Origin: Cyanobacteria bacterium P01_D01_bin.156
GTDB taxonomy: Bacteria > Cyanobacteriota > Cyanobacteriia > Phormidesmidales > Phormidesmidaceae
Direction of reading: 5' to 3'
DNA: 64,000 bases
Assembly: GCA_039024555.1 (NCBI GenBank)
Contig: JBCCQQ010000031.1
Location: forward strand, 1 to 64,000
Shown: positions 10,114 through 20,144 of the stretch, piece after piece
Numbering within the stretch: the stretch's first letter is position 1
How the letters are laid out: the number at the start of each line of letters is the position of its first letter
Position numbers and translations under genes: made by a program
Notes under the pieces: generated by a model
Seen by the model: the letters and a program-made list of their open reading frames with translations, nothing else
Databases searched by the model: none
Told to the model about the DNA's origin: nothing

Positions 10114-10581
10114 CTACATGGCAATGGCCCCGACGGTTGCTCTAGTTGCTTGGAGATAATCTTGGGGGCTGAGCCACAGCATGGCGCCCCGCATTCCAGC
10201 GGAGACAGCAATGTGATCATAGGCTTCGATCCACTCGTCTACATAGGTAGGGTAGTTTTTTTTGCAAGCCAGAGCCGTAACGCCACCTCGAATATAGCCA
10301 GTGAGGGGCTGCACTTCTTTAAGGGCAACGGGGAGGATTTTTCGATTTTCGGTGAGCGTTGCTAGTGCTTTGAGGTTGAGTTGAGCATTGGCTGCAAGCA
10401 CGGCTAGGCATATCCCTGTGCGATCGCCACGCACTACCAGGGTTTTAAATATCTGATCGTGCGGTAAACCCAGCTTATCGGCTGTGACTGTCGCAACCAA
10501 GTTGTCTGGATCGACTGGGTAAGTCAGTATTTGATACTCAATAGATAAACTGTCGAGCAGCCGAGCGGCATTGGTTTTCAT
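10114..10581 (-). CDS. ybaK: Cys-tRNA(Pro) deacylase
   Basis: MKTNAARLLD, IFKTLVV, TGYIRGGVTAL, VSAGMRG. Confidence 0.92.
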   Translation of the reverse strand: MKTNAARLLDSLSIEYQILTYPVDPDNLVATVTADKLGLPHDQIFKTLVVRGDRTGICLAVLAANAQLNLKALATLTENRKILPVALKEVQPLTGYIRGGVTALACKKNYPTYVDEWIEAYDHIAVSAGMRGAMLWLSPQDYLQATRATVGAIAM

Positions 10582-10587
10582 AGGGGG

Positions 10588-12204
10588 TTAATCAGCTGGT
10601 GCTGTTTGACCAATGGCATAGCAGTCTCGTCCGTCTGCTTTTGCCTGGTACAATCCCTGATCGGCTGTGGTTATAAGCTCATGATAAGACCCATAGACAG
10701 TGGAAGCAACAGTGGCAATTCCCATGCTGAGGGTAAGGTGTTCGCTGATGTCTGAAAGGCGATGTTCAATTTTGAGGGCGTGAATATTCTGCCTGATAGT
10801 GTTGGCGACATAGATGGCCCCACTTAGATTCGTATTGGGTAAAACAATAGCAAACTCTTCTCCCCCATAGCGAGCTACGATATCTGGCTTACGTTTTACC
10901 GCTTTTTTCAGGGCTTGAGCAACAAGTTTGAGGCATTTATCTCCTTGTTGGTGGCCGTAGGTATCGTTATACCGTTTGAAATAGTCGATATCGCAGAGGA
11001 TTAATGTTAGAGGCGTATGGTCACCGGCAGCCCATGCGTTGTAAAGAAATTCGTCAAAGGCGCGACGATTCGCCACTTGGGTCAGTCCATCTACCATGGC
11101 TAAGGTATTGAGGGCTTGGTTCTGTTGTTGGAGAGCTTGTGCTCTTTCTTTATGGACGGTGATGTCTGTTGCTGTGCCCAACAGCTGTAGAGGAGTCCCA
11201 TTGGGATGCCATTGAAAGATGGTTTCTCGACATAGCATCCAGTGCCAAGTACCCTTTTTGTGCCGCAGTCGGTATTCGTTTTCTACAATGTCGCCACTTT
11301 TAGATTGAGCTAATTTTTGACGGGCCTGGTGAATGGTGTTGATGTCTCCTGGGTGGGTAATTTTTTCTAAAAATTTAGCTCCCAACATACGGATTTCGTC
11401 AGGGGAGTACCCTAGGATATGTTCCATAAAGCCGTTGACATAGTAGTTACTGCCACTGGCACAATCATTTACGTAGAGGATATTGCTGCTCGCATCTAAG
11501 ATTCCTTGAATAAAGCGCTGGCTTTCTTGCCAGGCCTGTTCGGCTTGCTGTTGTTCAATGGTGGCTAGGGACAGCTGGCGTTTTTGCTGATTTAAGGTTT
11601 GGGTCTGTTGTTGATATCGATTTTGGCTAAGGGTTAAGGCTATTAAACAGGCAGCGTTAGCCATAAAGGATTTTTCTGCAGTTTGCCATAGCCTAGGACA
11701 ATGGTGCTGGGCTATGGAGATGATGCCTATTACCTGGTTTTGGTCATAGATGGGGACTTCTAAGAAGGCCGTCATTGCGGCGGGCTGTCCCTGTAAATAG
11801 GGCGGCAGCTGCTCCTGCTGCTGCAAGGTAGAGTTTCTTTCTGATATTTGGGTATTAATGACTAGCCATTGCCGCTGGCTAAGCATTTGAAAGTAAACAG
11901 GATGGTCGGTAACGATTAATTCTGTTAACTCTGTTGTGGCGATGGGCTGTTTGGGGTGGCTGTAGTTGGCAACTTGCTGAAACTGAGTGCGATCGCGTCT
12001 GTATAACCAAACCTGACAGCTGTTAACAGTTAAATTTTGAATGACCGTCTGAGCAATGGTCGCTGTTGCTGCCTCTATATTTCCATCCCAGATGGCTGGG
12101 TGCTGGCTGAGTGCTAGCAGGCTATGGGCCAGTTCGCCAGAATGACCGTCCAGAATTACGGGCGACACCGGGGGTTGGCTAGTTTGCTCAGATGCAAGCG
12201 ACAT
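10588..12204 (-). CDS. GAF-PAS-GGDEF diguanylate cyclase
   Basis: GAF, PAS (THPGD..EYRLRHKKGTWHW), DGLTQVANRR, DIDYFKRYND, I-site RKPD and GGEEF. Confidence 0.93.
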   Translation of the reverse strand: MSLASEQTSQPPVSPVILDGHSGELAHSLLALSQHPAIWDGNIEAATATIAQTVIQNLTVNSCQVWLYRRDRTQFQQVANYSHPKQPIATTELTELIVTDHPVYFQMLSQRQWLVINTQISERNSTLQQQEQLPPYLQGQPAAMTAFLEVPIYDQNQVIGIISIAQHHCPRLWQTAEKSFMANAACLIALTLSQNRYQQQTQTLNQQKRQLSLATIEQQQAEQAWQESQRFIQGILDASSNILYVNDCASGSNYYVNGFMEHILGYSPDEIRMLGAKFLEKITHPGDINTIHQARQKLAQSKSGDIVENEYRLRHKKGTWHWMLCRETIFQWHPNGTPLQLLGTATDITVHKERAQALQQQNQALNTLAMVDGLTQVANRRAFDEFLYNAWAAGDHTPLTLILCDIDYFKRYNDTYGHQQGDKCLKLVAQALKKAVKRKPDIVARYGGEEFAIVLPNTNLSGAIYVANTIRQNIHALKIEHRLSDISEHLTLSMGIATVASTVYGSYHELITTADQGLYQAKADGRDCYAIGQTAPAD

Positions 12205-12837
12205 TCAGAGATTTTAGAAAATAACATTCTGGCACTCTCTGCTTTAACTGCGGTCAAATCAGAAAGCATCAGGCTTATTGGGTTAGGGTTCCTCAAAGTC
12301 AGCCAATCTTAACCTTTTGATTAAAAAAAATGACCATTCCTGAACCCTAGCCTGATAAAGGCTTACTAAGTGAGCTTAGTAAGCCTTTACCTTTGCAAAC
12401 AACATTTTTTAAGTTCTCACCTAGTTGCAGAAACCCTGTAATGATCCCAGGACCCAGATTGCTATCCATCAAAGTGTTGCGCCCGGTAGCCCGATTACCC
12501 TTGTCAATGAAATACTCCTGGCAGACTACCCAAACGTAGGCGATTTTCAAAACATTCTCCTTAAGCAAAGAGCCATCGTTGATTTAAGCGTTGACGTTTG
12601 CCTCTGATGATAGATGTAGCAGTGAGAGACGTCACAATCTTTACTCAGAAATTGAGGTTAAACACTTACGCCACACTCAGAACCGTATCAGAGGCTCTTA
12701 AGATTCGGATTTCATCCTTGTAATTAATCAAATGTTGCTGCTTTTCGGGATGGTTTGAGTTTTCAAATCCTGTACTTCCCAAAAATCAGTGACCACATTA
12801 ATCAAGTCAGTCTACTGACACACAAGGAGCTTAATCC

Positions 12838-13023
12838 ATGAAAACCTACATTTTGTCTGCTTTAACCGTGCTGATGGCCGCTGCTACCGTAGTTCCAGCT
12901 GCTCAGGCATTAGAAACATCTTCAATGGTACGTACCCAGGTGTCTACCCCTGAAGAAATCTCTGAAGATGCAACCTTCCATGACTTAGTACTCCACAACC
13001 GCAGCGTACGTAATAAGAGGTAG
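12838..13023 (+). CDS. Small secreted protein (61 aa)
   Basis: AAGGAG RBS; Sec signal MKTYILSALTVLMAAATVVPAAQA; hairpin directly downstream. Confidence 0.75.
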   Translation: MKTYILSALTVLMAAATVVPAAQALETSSMVRTQVSTPEEISEDATFHDLVLHNRSVRNKR

Positions 13024-13040
13024 TTCAGTCGTCATATCAG

Positions 13041-13067
13041 CCACTCCTGTACACCTGACAGGAGTGG
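13041..13067 (+). terminator. Stem-loop after the small secreted protein gene
   Basis: ccactcctgt-acacctg-acaggagtgg. Confidence 0.6.
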
Positions 13068-13102
13068 TCAACGGTTGCTTTAACCCGATGATAAAAATAC
13101 CC

Positions 13103-13193
13103 GGCGTTGCTGATCCTCGGGATGATTTTATCTGCCAAATCCAGAACTCTGGACGGGTGTACAGATCGTTTCATCCTTTAAATCAGCAACGGC
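13103..13193. mobile_element. 91-bp MITE-like element, copy 1
   Basis: TIRs GGCGTTGCTGAT...ATCAGCAACGGC; flanks aaaaataccc / aaaaatacca. Confidence 0.75.
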
Positions 13194-13257
13194 AAAAATA
13201 CCAATTAGCCTAGTTGAGCAGTAGTCTACTACTAGACACACTATTCAACAGCCAACG

Positions 13258-13899
13258 GTGGAAAAGACGACTTACCACGATACATTTTTTGACAAGCTTT
13301 TTATTCAGTTATTCACCCGCAAAATGTCCAATGCCGTGGGTGAACGCAGCGGCCAGTCAGGCTATGACGGCTTTGTGGAACTGTCACAAAAGATTATGCA
13401 GGGCCGTACATCGCAGCAGCAGCAGCAGCTAGTCGCCGTTGTACTGCAGTCCTTAGTTCCTGCACCAGTCCTGTGGGGGATTCGTACTTTTTTTTCGCCC
13501 ACCCAGCTAGTCTGTGAACTCAATGCCTGGTTTGCCACCCAGCTATTTGAATGGCTGGTGGGTCCCTGCAGTGTAGAACTGACAGAGGTGACGATGTCAA
13601 CGGGGCAAGTGCGCCAGCAAAAGAGCGCTGTTCACATTAAAAAGTGCCGTTATTTAGAACAAAGCGACTGCGTAGGCATGTGTGTCAACATGTGTAAACT
13701 TCCTACACAGCAATTTTTTACGGAAAAATTTGGTATACCCCTCACCATGACCCCTAACTTTGAGGACTTCAGCTGCGACATGGTGTTTGGGCAGATGCCA
13801 CCAAAACTAGAGACTGAGGATGCCTACCAGCATCCTTGTTTGAACAGCTGCGTGACGGCTTCAACCTCAGTGCCTGCTTGCCCCAAAGTCAGGCACTGA
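13258..13899 (+). CDS. DUF4033 / beta-carotene isomerase D27-like protein
   Basis: YHDTFFDKLFI, FEWLVGPC, IKKCRYLEQSDCVGMCVNMCKLPTQQFF, PNFEDFSCDMVFG. Confidence 0.88.
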   Translation: MEKTTYHDTFFDKLFIQLFTRKMSNAVGERSGQSGYDGFVELSQKIMQGRTSQQQQQLVAVVLQSLVPAPVLWGIRTFFSPTQLVCELNAWFATQLFEWLVGPCSVELTEVTMSTGQVRQQKSAVHIKKCRYLEQSDCVGMCVNMCKLPTQQFFTEKFGIPLTMTPNFEDFSCDMVFGQMPPKLETEDAYQHPCLNSCVTASTSVPACPKVRH

Positions 13900-13933
13900 G
13901 ACAGCTGTGCTGCGTAGGTCGATTATGATTTTA

Positions 13934-13979
13934 AGCCAACCGCTGAAACTTCCTCATTGAGAAGTTTCAGCGGTTGGCT
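13934..13979. terminator. 19-bp perfect inverted repeat between convergent genes
   Basis: agccaaccgctgaaacttc-ctcattga-gaagtttcagcggttggct. Confidence 0.7.
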
Positions 13980-14051
13980 GTTGCTGATTTAAAGCAGTTC
14001 GACAACTGTAGTCAAAGCATTTGAAGAACCTGAGGCAGACCCGTTTGAAGC

Positions 14052-15374
14052 TTACCAAGGGCTACTAATCATGGAGAATCCAGCCCAATAAAACGGATGG
14101 GAAAGAGACTCTTCTGCAACAGTCTCAGTACTAGCGAATGTGGACTTTTGAAGCTGGCTTAGATTAACAGCTTCGGTCGTATCATTTAGTAATTTCAACT
14201 GAGCCTGACGCAGTGCTTCGGCTTTAGTACGCCCTTGGGGAATCTCGTGATAAAACTCGCTCATGAGGGCCAACGTACCAAAATCGCTCACATCCCAAAG
14301 GCTGGCCACTGCAGATTTTACCCCCGCTTTTAGGGCAAGTCCGGCAAAGCCTAGTTCAGCTTCACTGTCTCCCACGGCTGTTTCACAGGCACTCAGCACC
14401 AACAGTTCCGTATTGGGTAGCTGCCATTCCAACTCATCCACCTGACCCAAAGTGAGTCGCTGATCCCATAGCTGAATGTAGGAATTGTCAGGTCTACCGG
14501 GCTTAAACTCGGCGTGGGTTGCCAAATGCACGATATCGTATGCCTGGCGGCTAAGTAGGTTGTTAAAGTTCTCTAGGGTAAAGCTCTGATTTAATAGAGA
14601 ACGACCTTCCCAGCTACGGTCCACTCCCTGGGTTGTTCTAAGTTGCCACACAACGTTAGATAGCTCGATGGGAACAGCAGGTAACGGCTCTAGCTCCGCA
14701 AACTCAGATGCACCCATGGCCAATACGTTACCGGGTTCAATGGCTTCATAGGTAGTATCAATCAGGTTAAAGGCAGGAATGCGCGTCGTGCCATATTTTT
14801 CCACCAGAAACTGCTTACCATCGTGGAGTGCCGGTAGGGCTAGCCCCCGCAAACCATCGCCAAAGCAGACTAGCAATGTATCGACACCCGCAGGTTCTAG
14901 AAACTCATTTTCGTAGGTGCCAATCAGCCAAGTGTAGAGCTGTTGAGCCGCTGGTAAGTAGCGTTGGCTACCGGGGCGACTAATGTGACGGTGAAACTGC
15001 TTAGTCGTTTTTTCTACTAGCGATTTAGGGACATCGTACAGGTCACGGACAATGGGTTCACCATTGGGGGTAATCAGTACCAGGTGTAAATGGTCTTCGC
15101 GGGGGATTGCCCACAAGACAGCGGGTACGGTACCTGTTTCTTCACCAATGTTGGCCAAGGTAGCTGCCATTTCTTCCGAAGATTGGGTGACATCTGCCAG
15201 ATTTTCACCAAAGTAGGTTTCAAACTCTGATTCCAGACCTCGCTCCATGTTCACAACTTTTTGGCTGAGAGTCAGTTCTTGGGCAAATGTGGGGGTGACC
15301 GTAAACAGGCAGGCCAAAATGGCCAACAGCCAGCATTTGGCGCGACGAGGCAGGAAACGAGGTAAAAAATTCAT
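14052..15374 (-). CDS. CHAT domain (caspase-like) protein with N-terminal signal peptide
   Basis: VHLATHAEF and LLVLSACETAVG (His/Cys dyad), ASLWDVSD, HPFYWAGF; signal-like N-terminus ending in TFA. Confidence 0.9.
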   Translation of the reverse strand: MNFLPRFLPRRAKCWLLAILACLFTVTPTFAQELTLSQKVVNMERGLESEFETYFGENLADVTQSSEEMAATLANIGEETGTVPAVLWAIPREDHLHLVLITPNGEPIVRDLYDVPKSLVEKTTKQFHRHISRPGSQRYLPAAQQLYTWLIGTYENEFLEPAGVDTLLVCFGDGLRGLALPALHDGKQFLVEKYGTTRIPAFNLIDTTYEAIEPGNVLAMGASEFAELEPLPAVPIELSNVVWQLRTTQGVDRSWEGRSLLNQSFTLENFNNLLSRQAYDIVHLATHAEFKPGRPDNSYIQLWDQRLTLGQVDELEWQLPNTELLVLSACETAVGDSEAELGFAGLALKAGVKSAVASLWDVSDFGTLALMSEFYHEIPQGRTKAEALRQAQLKLLNDTTEAVNLSQLQKSTFASTETVAEESLSHPFYWAGFSMISSPW

Positions 15375-15836
15375 GGGGGCTACATCCTAATTAATTGCTT
15401 TGCGCACGGATTCACAAGCGGTAGATGCAACTACATAGAGGCTAACGTGACTACGCATGATCACTTAGAAAAGTGTCATAGTCTGTAGCAGTCTGGAGGA
15501 CTGCTCAACCACGATATGATTTCTTACAGAGGGTACTGATTAAGCACGGTTCTGGATTGCTTTATTTTCAAAATCAGTCACCGCTGTGGGTATAGTTTTA
15601 AGCTAGTGTGCGATCGCAACTCCCCTTGCAATACCCCATACAGCCACCAACCATAAAACCCAGGCCTTTTTCCAGCTCATTAGGGTCCATCTGCAGCCAC
15701 ATCTATGCAGCCGACCCAATTTCCGTCATGCTAGATACCAAAGATGAACCGTTGCCCCCGAACATACCCGTTGATTCTGGGCTCGGGAAGCAATGGACCA
15801 TCTCTTTTAGAAGACAATTACAGGAGATATCACACC

Positions 15837-16544
15837 ATGGGAGAAATGGATCCGGTTAAGCTAATGAAGCAGGAAGTGGGTCGTGCCGCCGCTGCCCAGG
15901 TAAAATCTGGCTCAATTGTAGGTTTGGGTACCGGTTCCACCACTGCATTTGCCATTCAGTTTATTGGCGAGCGTCTCGCTGCAGGCGAAATTAGCGACAT
16001 TGTAGGTATTCCCACCTCATTTCAGGCATCCGTGCTTGCCAAAAAGCATGGCATTCCCTTAACCACATTGGACGAAGCGCCCAGAATTGATATTGCCATC
16101 GATGGTGCTGATGAGGTGGACCCACAGCAAAATCTAATCAAAGGTGGAGGCGCTGCCCACACGCGTGAAAAGGTTGTCGATGGCCTAGCTGAGCGGTTTG
16201 TTGTTGTTGTAGACAGCTCCAAGCTAGTGGACAAACTAGGCTCCACATTTGCGCTACCGGTGGAAGTTCTACCCATGGCGGTGGCTCCTGTGACTCGTGC
16301 CCTTGAGGCCCTGGGCGGCACCCCTGAACTACGCATGGGTGTGAATAAGGATGGTCCTGTGATTACTGACCAGGGCAACATGGTTCTGGATGTAAAGTTC
16401 ACTGGAATTGAGAACCCTGCTGACCTGGAGAAGACTGTTAACAACATTCCGGGCGTATTGGAAAATGGTCTCTTTGTTGGCTTGGCTGATGAGGTGCTGA
16501 TTGGTGAAGTGATTGATGGTAAAGCGTCTGTGCGGACAATGTAA
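15837..16544 (+). CDS. rpiA: Ribose-5-phosphate isomerase A
   Basis: [36 protein letters not shown] before ATG 15837. Confidence 0.97.
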   Translation: MGEMDPVKLMKQEVGRAAAAQVKSGSIVGLGTGSTTAFAIQFIGERLAAGEISDIVGIPTSFQASVLAKKHGIPLTTLDEAPRIDIAIDGADEVDPQQNLIKGGGAAHTREKVVDGLAERFVVVVDSSKLVDKLGSTFALPVEVLPMAVAPVTRALEALGGTPELRMGVNKDGPVITDQGNMVLDVKFTGIENPADLEKTVNNIPGVLENGLFVGLADEVLIGEVIDGKASVRTM

Positions 16545-16672
16545 TTGCTTTATCTAAATAGATAGGCAAAATAGATTACGCAATAACTTTTCGAAGGGGA
16601 CACTCTCGAAAAGGCTTCCGACCTCCAATTCTGAGGGCTTCGGAACGTAAATCCTTTATCTCACTACCTAAT

Positions 16673-16702
16673 AAAAAAGGCAGGATAAGTCCTGCCTTTT
16701 TT
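16673..16702. terminator. Bidirectional rho-independent terminator
   Basis: aaaaaaggcagga-taag-tcctgcctttttt. Confidence 0.75.
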
Positions 16703-16735
16703 ATTGAAACAACATTTTGACCAATCAGGATGCTG

Positions 16736-17226
16736 ACACGACTTGGAAGGTTAAGCATCGGCACATAGAGAAAAGGGTCGCTCAGGACTTTCCCTCCTGA
16801 ACCCTCCCTGATCTGGGGACCTCAACGTCCCCAAACCCCTTGCATAATAAGTGATTGGTCAATCGCTAAACAAGGTTGCGGCTATGTCGGCTAGGTGGGT
16901 TACGCTGCTCCGTATGCACTACACATCGTAAAAGAGACGTTATCCCTTTCAAGTAAGACATCTATTCAGACCAAGGGCTAAATGCCTTTATAGGCATTTA
17001 GCCCTTGGCTTAGAAGCAATCAAACATCGATGGAACACCCCTGTTTAGAATTTTGCGCGACTGAGCGTAAAATTCTAAACTGCTTTACCGACTAATTCCC
17101 AATCCATTTCGCGATAGTCCGTAACCCTCCAGCTCGCTGGGTCCTAGGGCGGAAACCAACACTTTAATCACAGCCTTGAAAATAACGGCTTCAATTTCTC
17201 TCTATTCATAACCTTCCAAGTTGTGT
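16736..17226. mobile_element. 491-bp non-coding element with 18-bp terminal inverted repeats and internal hairpins
   Basis: acacgacttggaaggtta ... taaccttccaagttgtgt (17/18 match), flanked on both sides by GCTG; internal hairpins at 16971-17008 and 17043-17080. Confidence 0.6.
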
Positions 17227-17264
17227 GCTGACAAATGTCGGACGAGGAAAGCCTTCTGAAATAC

Positions 17265-19385
17265 TTAAAACAAGGTAAGAATCATCGGTAATAGTGTTTT
17301 GCAGGCGGTGGCTAGTTTAGAGGTGTCGGTCAGGGTTTCGGCAAGGGATTTAAGGGTGGTGGTGGCCCGCTTAGCCAGGTTTTGCATTTTGCTTTCCTTA
17401 GGAGCTGCGCCAGCTTTGGCGAGTTTGGCAACTTCGGCTAGAGCCTCGGCTTTTTCGTCGTCATTGAGTTCGGTGTCTTGGTCAATGGCGGTTTGTAGCT
17501 GGGTGAGTAGATCTTTCAGGCTGGGCTGATCGCTTTGGGGTTCGGGAAGCTGATTGATTTGGTTAGTAACCTGACCACTAATTTCGCCGAGGTTGAGGGT
17601 GCTGCCCGTGAGGTTAACGTCGCCACCAGCGTAGAAACTACCGTCGCTGACATTGGGGTTGTTGCTGTTGGTCATGGCAGTGGTATTGATGGTGAGGTTA
17701 GAGAGAACGGTGCTGATGCTATCGATGCTTTTGTTGGCGAGCTGAATGATTTCTTGTTTGCTACGTTTTTCTGCTTCCAGTAGCTTTTGAGCTGTGGATT
17801 CAAGAAGGGCCTTTTCGTAGTTGGTGTCAAAAGTGCGGGCAATGTCGCCTTTTACTTGGTCAACGGGTACCGCTACACGGATGAGTACATCGGAGCCCTT
17901 GTGTTCAAAGCTGTGCACATTGGCAGGGGCAATGTCATGGTTACGAATTAGTGCTTGGAAGGCTGTCTTAAATGCTTGTGGATCAACACCGCCACGGATA
18001 AGCAGTTTGACCTCATCCATCACTTCTTTAAAGTACTTTTCAAAATCTCCTGGTGCAAAGATTTTGTCAGCATTATGGGGAAGACGTTCACGACTGCCTC
18101 TAGCATCGGCATGCTCTTTAAGAAAGACAAAATCGCAGTCTATATTGGTGAAGGTGGTGGTGTCGTCAATATTCCAGGCTTCTAAGGTAGCCCCAGTGAG
18201 TTGGGTAGCAGTGAAATTGGTGCCGATGCATTGTGCTTCAGTTAGATTAGCTTGGTGGAGTTGTGCAGAATGGAGGCTAGCACGACTAAGATTTGCTCCG
18301 CATAAATTGGCATTACGCAGTTGGGCACCAGCAAGGTTTACACCTTCGAGATTGGCATGGGAAAGATCTGCATTATTACCGTTTAGAGTGGTGAGTAAAG
18401 TACATACTTGTAGATCGCGTAGACTGGAACCACCAAAATAAGCCCGGTTTAATTTAGTGGCATTGTACCAACGGACATGATGAAGGAGTGTTTCTTGTCG
18501 ACGAGAATTTGTAAAAATTGTGCTTTTAAGAGAAGCATTAGAAAAAAAAGCGTTAGTTAGATCGGCACCATTAAAGCCAGTACCACCAATGGCTGAGAAC
18601 ACTAGGTTAATCGTACGTAAATGCTCAAATTTAGGATCTTGCTGATAAACATGTTTATTAAGATAGATAGATAAAAATAAGCTTGCAATAGCGACGATAG
18701 AAGCAAGACTAAAAGTGAAGGTGCTACTAGAAATTCTAACAAGAGAAGCGGAACTTTCAATAAGAGAAAATGTTATGGCACTGATAAAAGCTGTAAAAAT
18801 GGCCAAAATACCAACAAAGTTTCCAGCAATGGTGAAAGCAACAGTCCCCACAACTGCACCAGAAATAGCACCAGTATTAGAGAAAGCCACAGCAATAGCT
18901 AGCAATTCATTTCCAGTAACTGCAAAAATAGTAGCGATTATGAAAGCAATAGCATTGGCAACCGCAATGCTGCTAAAAGCTTTTAGCGTAAAACCTTGAT
19001 ATGAAAATGCAAGATAAACAAAAGTTGAAATAATACTTTGTAAACTAAGGGTATTGAAGAAGAATTTTGCAAATAAATCTCCAAATAATGCCTGAAGAAA
19101 TCCTGATACAGCTGCAATCAGCAATACCATTAAAAGCTGAACCACTAACCACCGTCGCTGCAACCCACCTGTCGCTCCACAAAACCTCACCCCTCGCAAT
19201 GTCGTATCAACAAACCGCGCACTGCGAATATCCGCCCCGCTGAAGTCCGCCTCAGACAAATCTGCCCCGCGAAAATTCTGCCCCCGCAGGTTCACCCCAC
19301 GGAAGTCCCGTTCACCGGCAGCATACAGCCGTAATACATCCTTTGCCTTTAACCGTTGCCCGTGGTACTTGCCTTTTTCCGCCAT
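17265..19385 (-). CDS. Pentapeptide-repeat membrane protein
   Basis: YAAGERDFRGVNLRG and A(D/N)LxxA pentapeptide arrays flanking a multi-TM hydrophobic block; C-terminal helical domain. Confidence 0.88.
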   Translation of the reverse strand: MAEKGKYHGQRLKAKDVLRLYAAGERDFRGVNLRGQNFRGADLSEADFSGADIRSARFVDTTLRGVRFCGATGGLQRRWLVVQLLMVLLIAAVSGFLQALFGDLFAKFFFNTLSLQSIISTFVYLAFSYQGFTLKAFSSIAVANAIAFIIATIFAVTGNELLAIAVAFSNTGAISGAVVGTVAFTIAGNFVGILAIFTAFISAITFSLIESSASLVRISSSTFTFSLASIVAIASLFLSIYLNKHVYQQDPKFEHLRTINLVFSAIGGTGFNGADLTNAFFSNASLKSTIFTNSRRQETLLHHVRWYNATKLNRAYFGGSSLRDLQVCTLLTTLNGNNADLSHANLEGVNLAGAQLRNANLCGANLSRASLHSAQLHQANLTEAQCIGTNFTATQLTGATLEAWNIDDTTTFTNIDCDFVFLKEHADARGSRERLPHNADKIFAPGDFEKYFKEVMDEVKLLIRGGVDPQAFKTAFQALIRNHDIAPANVHSFEHKGSDVLIRVAVPVDQVKGDIARTFDTNYEKALLESTAQKLLEAEKRSKQEIIQLANKSIDSISTVLSNLTINTTAMTNSNNPNVSDGSFYAGGDVNLTGSTLNLGEISGQVTNQINQLPEPQSDQPSLKDLLTQLQTAIDQDTELNDDEKAEALAEVAKLAKAGAAPKESKMQNLAKRATTTLKSLAETLTDTSKLATACKTLLPMILTLF

Positions 19386-19467
19386 AGGCTACTGCCCATC
19401 CTCGCCACTATTCCCCAGCATAGTAGCGAATTTATCCCTGGCAAGTACCTAGCCAGGTGCTTTTTGC

Positions 19468-19536
19468 CTCAGAAGCCCGGTTTCTAATCGGGAAAAAGCG
19501 CTGGAGTCTGAAATTTCAAGCAACCGGGTTTCTGAG
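19468..19536. repeat. Short dispersed inverted repeat (AGAAxCCCGGTTTCT type)
   Basis: ctcagaagcccggtt ... aaccgggtttctgag. Confidence 0.55.
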
Positions 19537-19557
19537 GGTATAGCGTATAACAACCGC

Positions 19558-19965
19558 CTACGGCTTAATTATCTTATTGATTTCAGCATTCATAAGAGCT
19601 ACCTGAGGATCGCTCTGAATCGCTTCAAAATACTTAGCCGCTAACGGCGTAGCCGAGTTCTCATTGGGCTTCATCATCAGTCGACCCTTTTCTAACAAAA
19701 TAGCAGCCGTCTCCTCAGGATTCTCTGGAGGTTTTTTCGCGGCCAGAAACTCATCAATCTGCACAATAAATTGAGAAATGGGTCGCAACCAGCTAAAGGC
19801 ATCATCACTGATGACTAGCTGAAAAAACTCACCCTTGTTCTTAATGGGACCGTTAGTCTGCTCGTAGCGGACACGTTCTGCCTCTAACAATACTTTGTGG
19901 AGTTTAAGAAGATAATTGCGAAACCGTTTGAGACGTTGTTGATTAGATTCAGCAGCAGCAGTCAT
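19558..19965 (-). CDS. Hypothetical helical protein
   Basis: 135-aa ORF, LLKLHKVLLEAER..YE..FSWLRPISQFIVQIDE. Confidence 0.75.
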   Translation of the reverse strand: MTAAAESNQQRLKRFRNYLLKLHKVLLEAERVRYEQTNGPIKNKGEFFQLVISDDAFSWLRPISQFIVQIDEFLAAKKPPENPEETAAILLEKGRLMMKPNENSATPLAAKYFEAIQSDPQVALMNAEINKIIKP

Positions 19966-20144
19966 AGTTCAGCGGTGTCGGCACAGTAGTTGGCTAGAGT
20001 TCTACTTACAATATCGTGTTTGCTGAAATTGTATGGAACCACACGAATAACCATAGCTATGGACATTTCTATGAATTGGATGATTACAACCGTCCATTCT
20101 TAACGACTGACGCTAGAATCATCCCTAGCGCTCTAGACGGTTTC

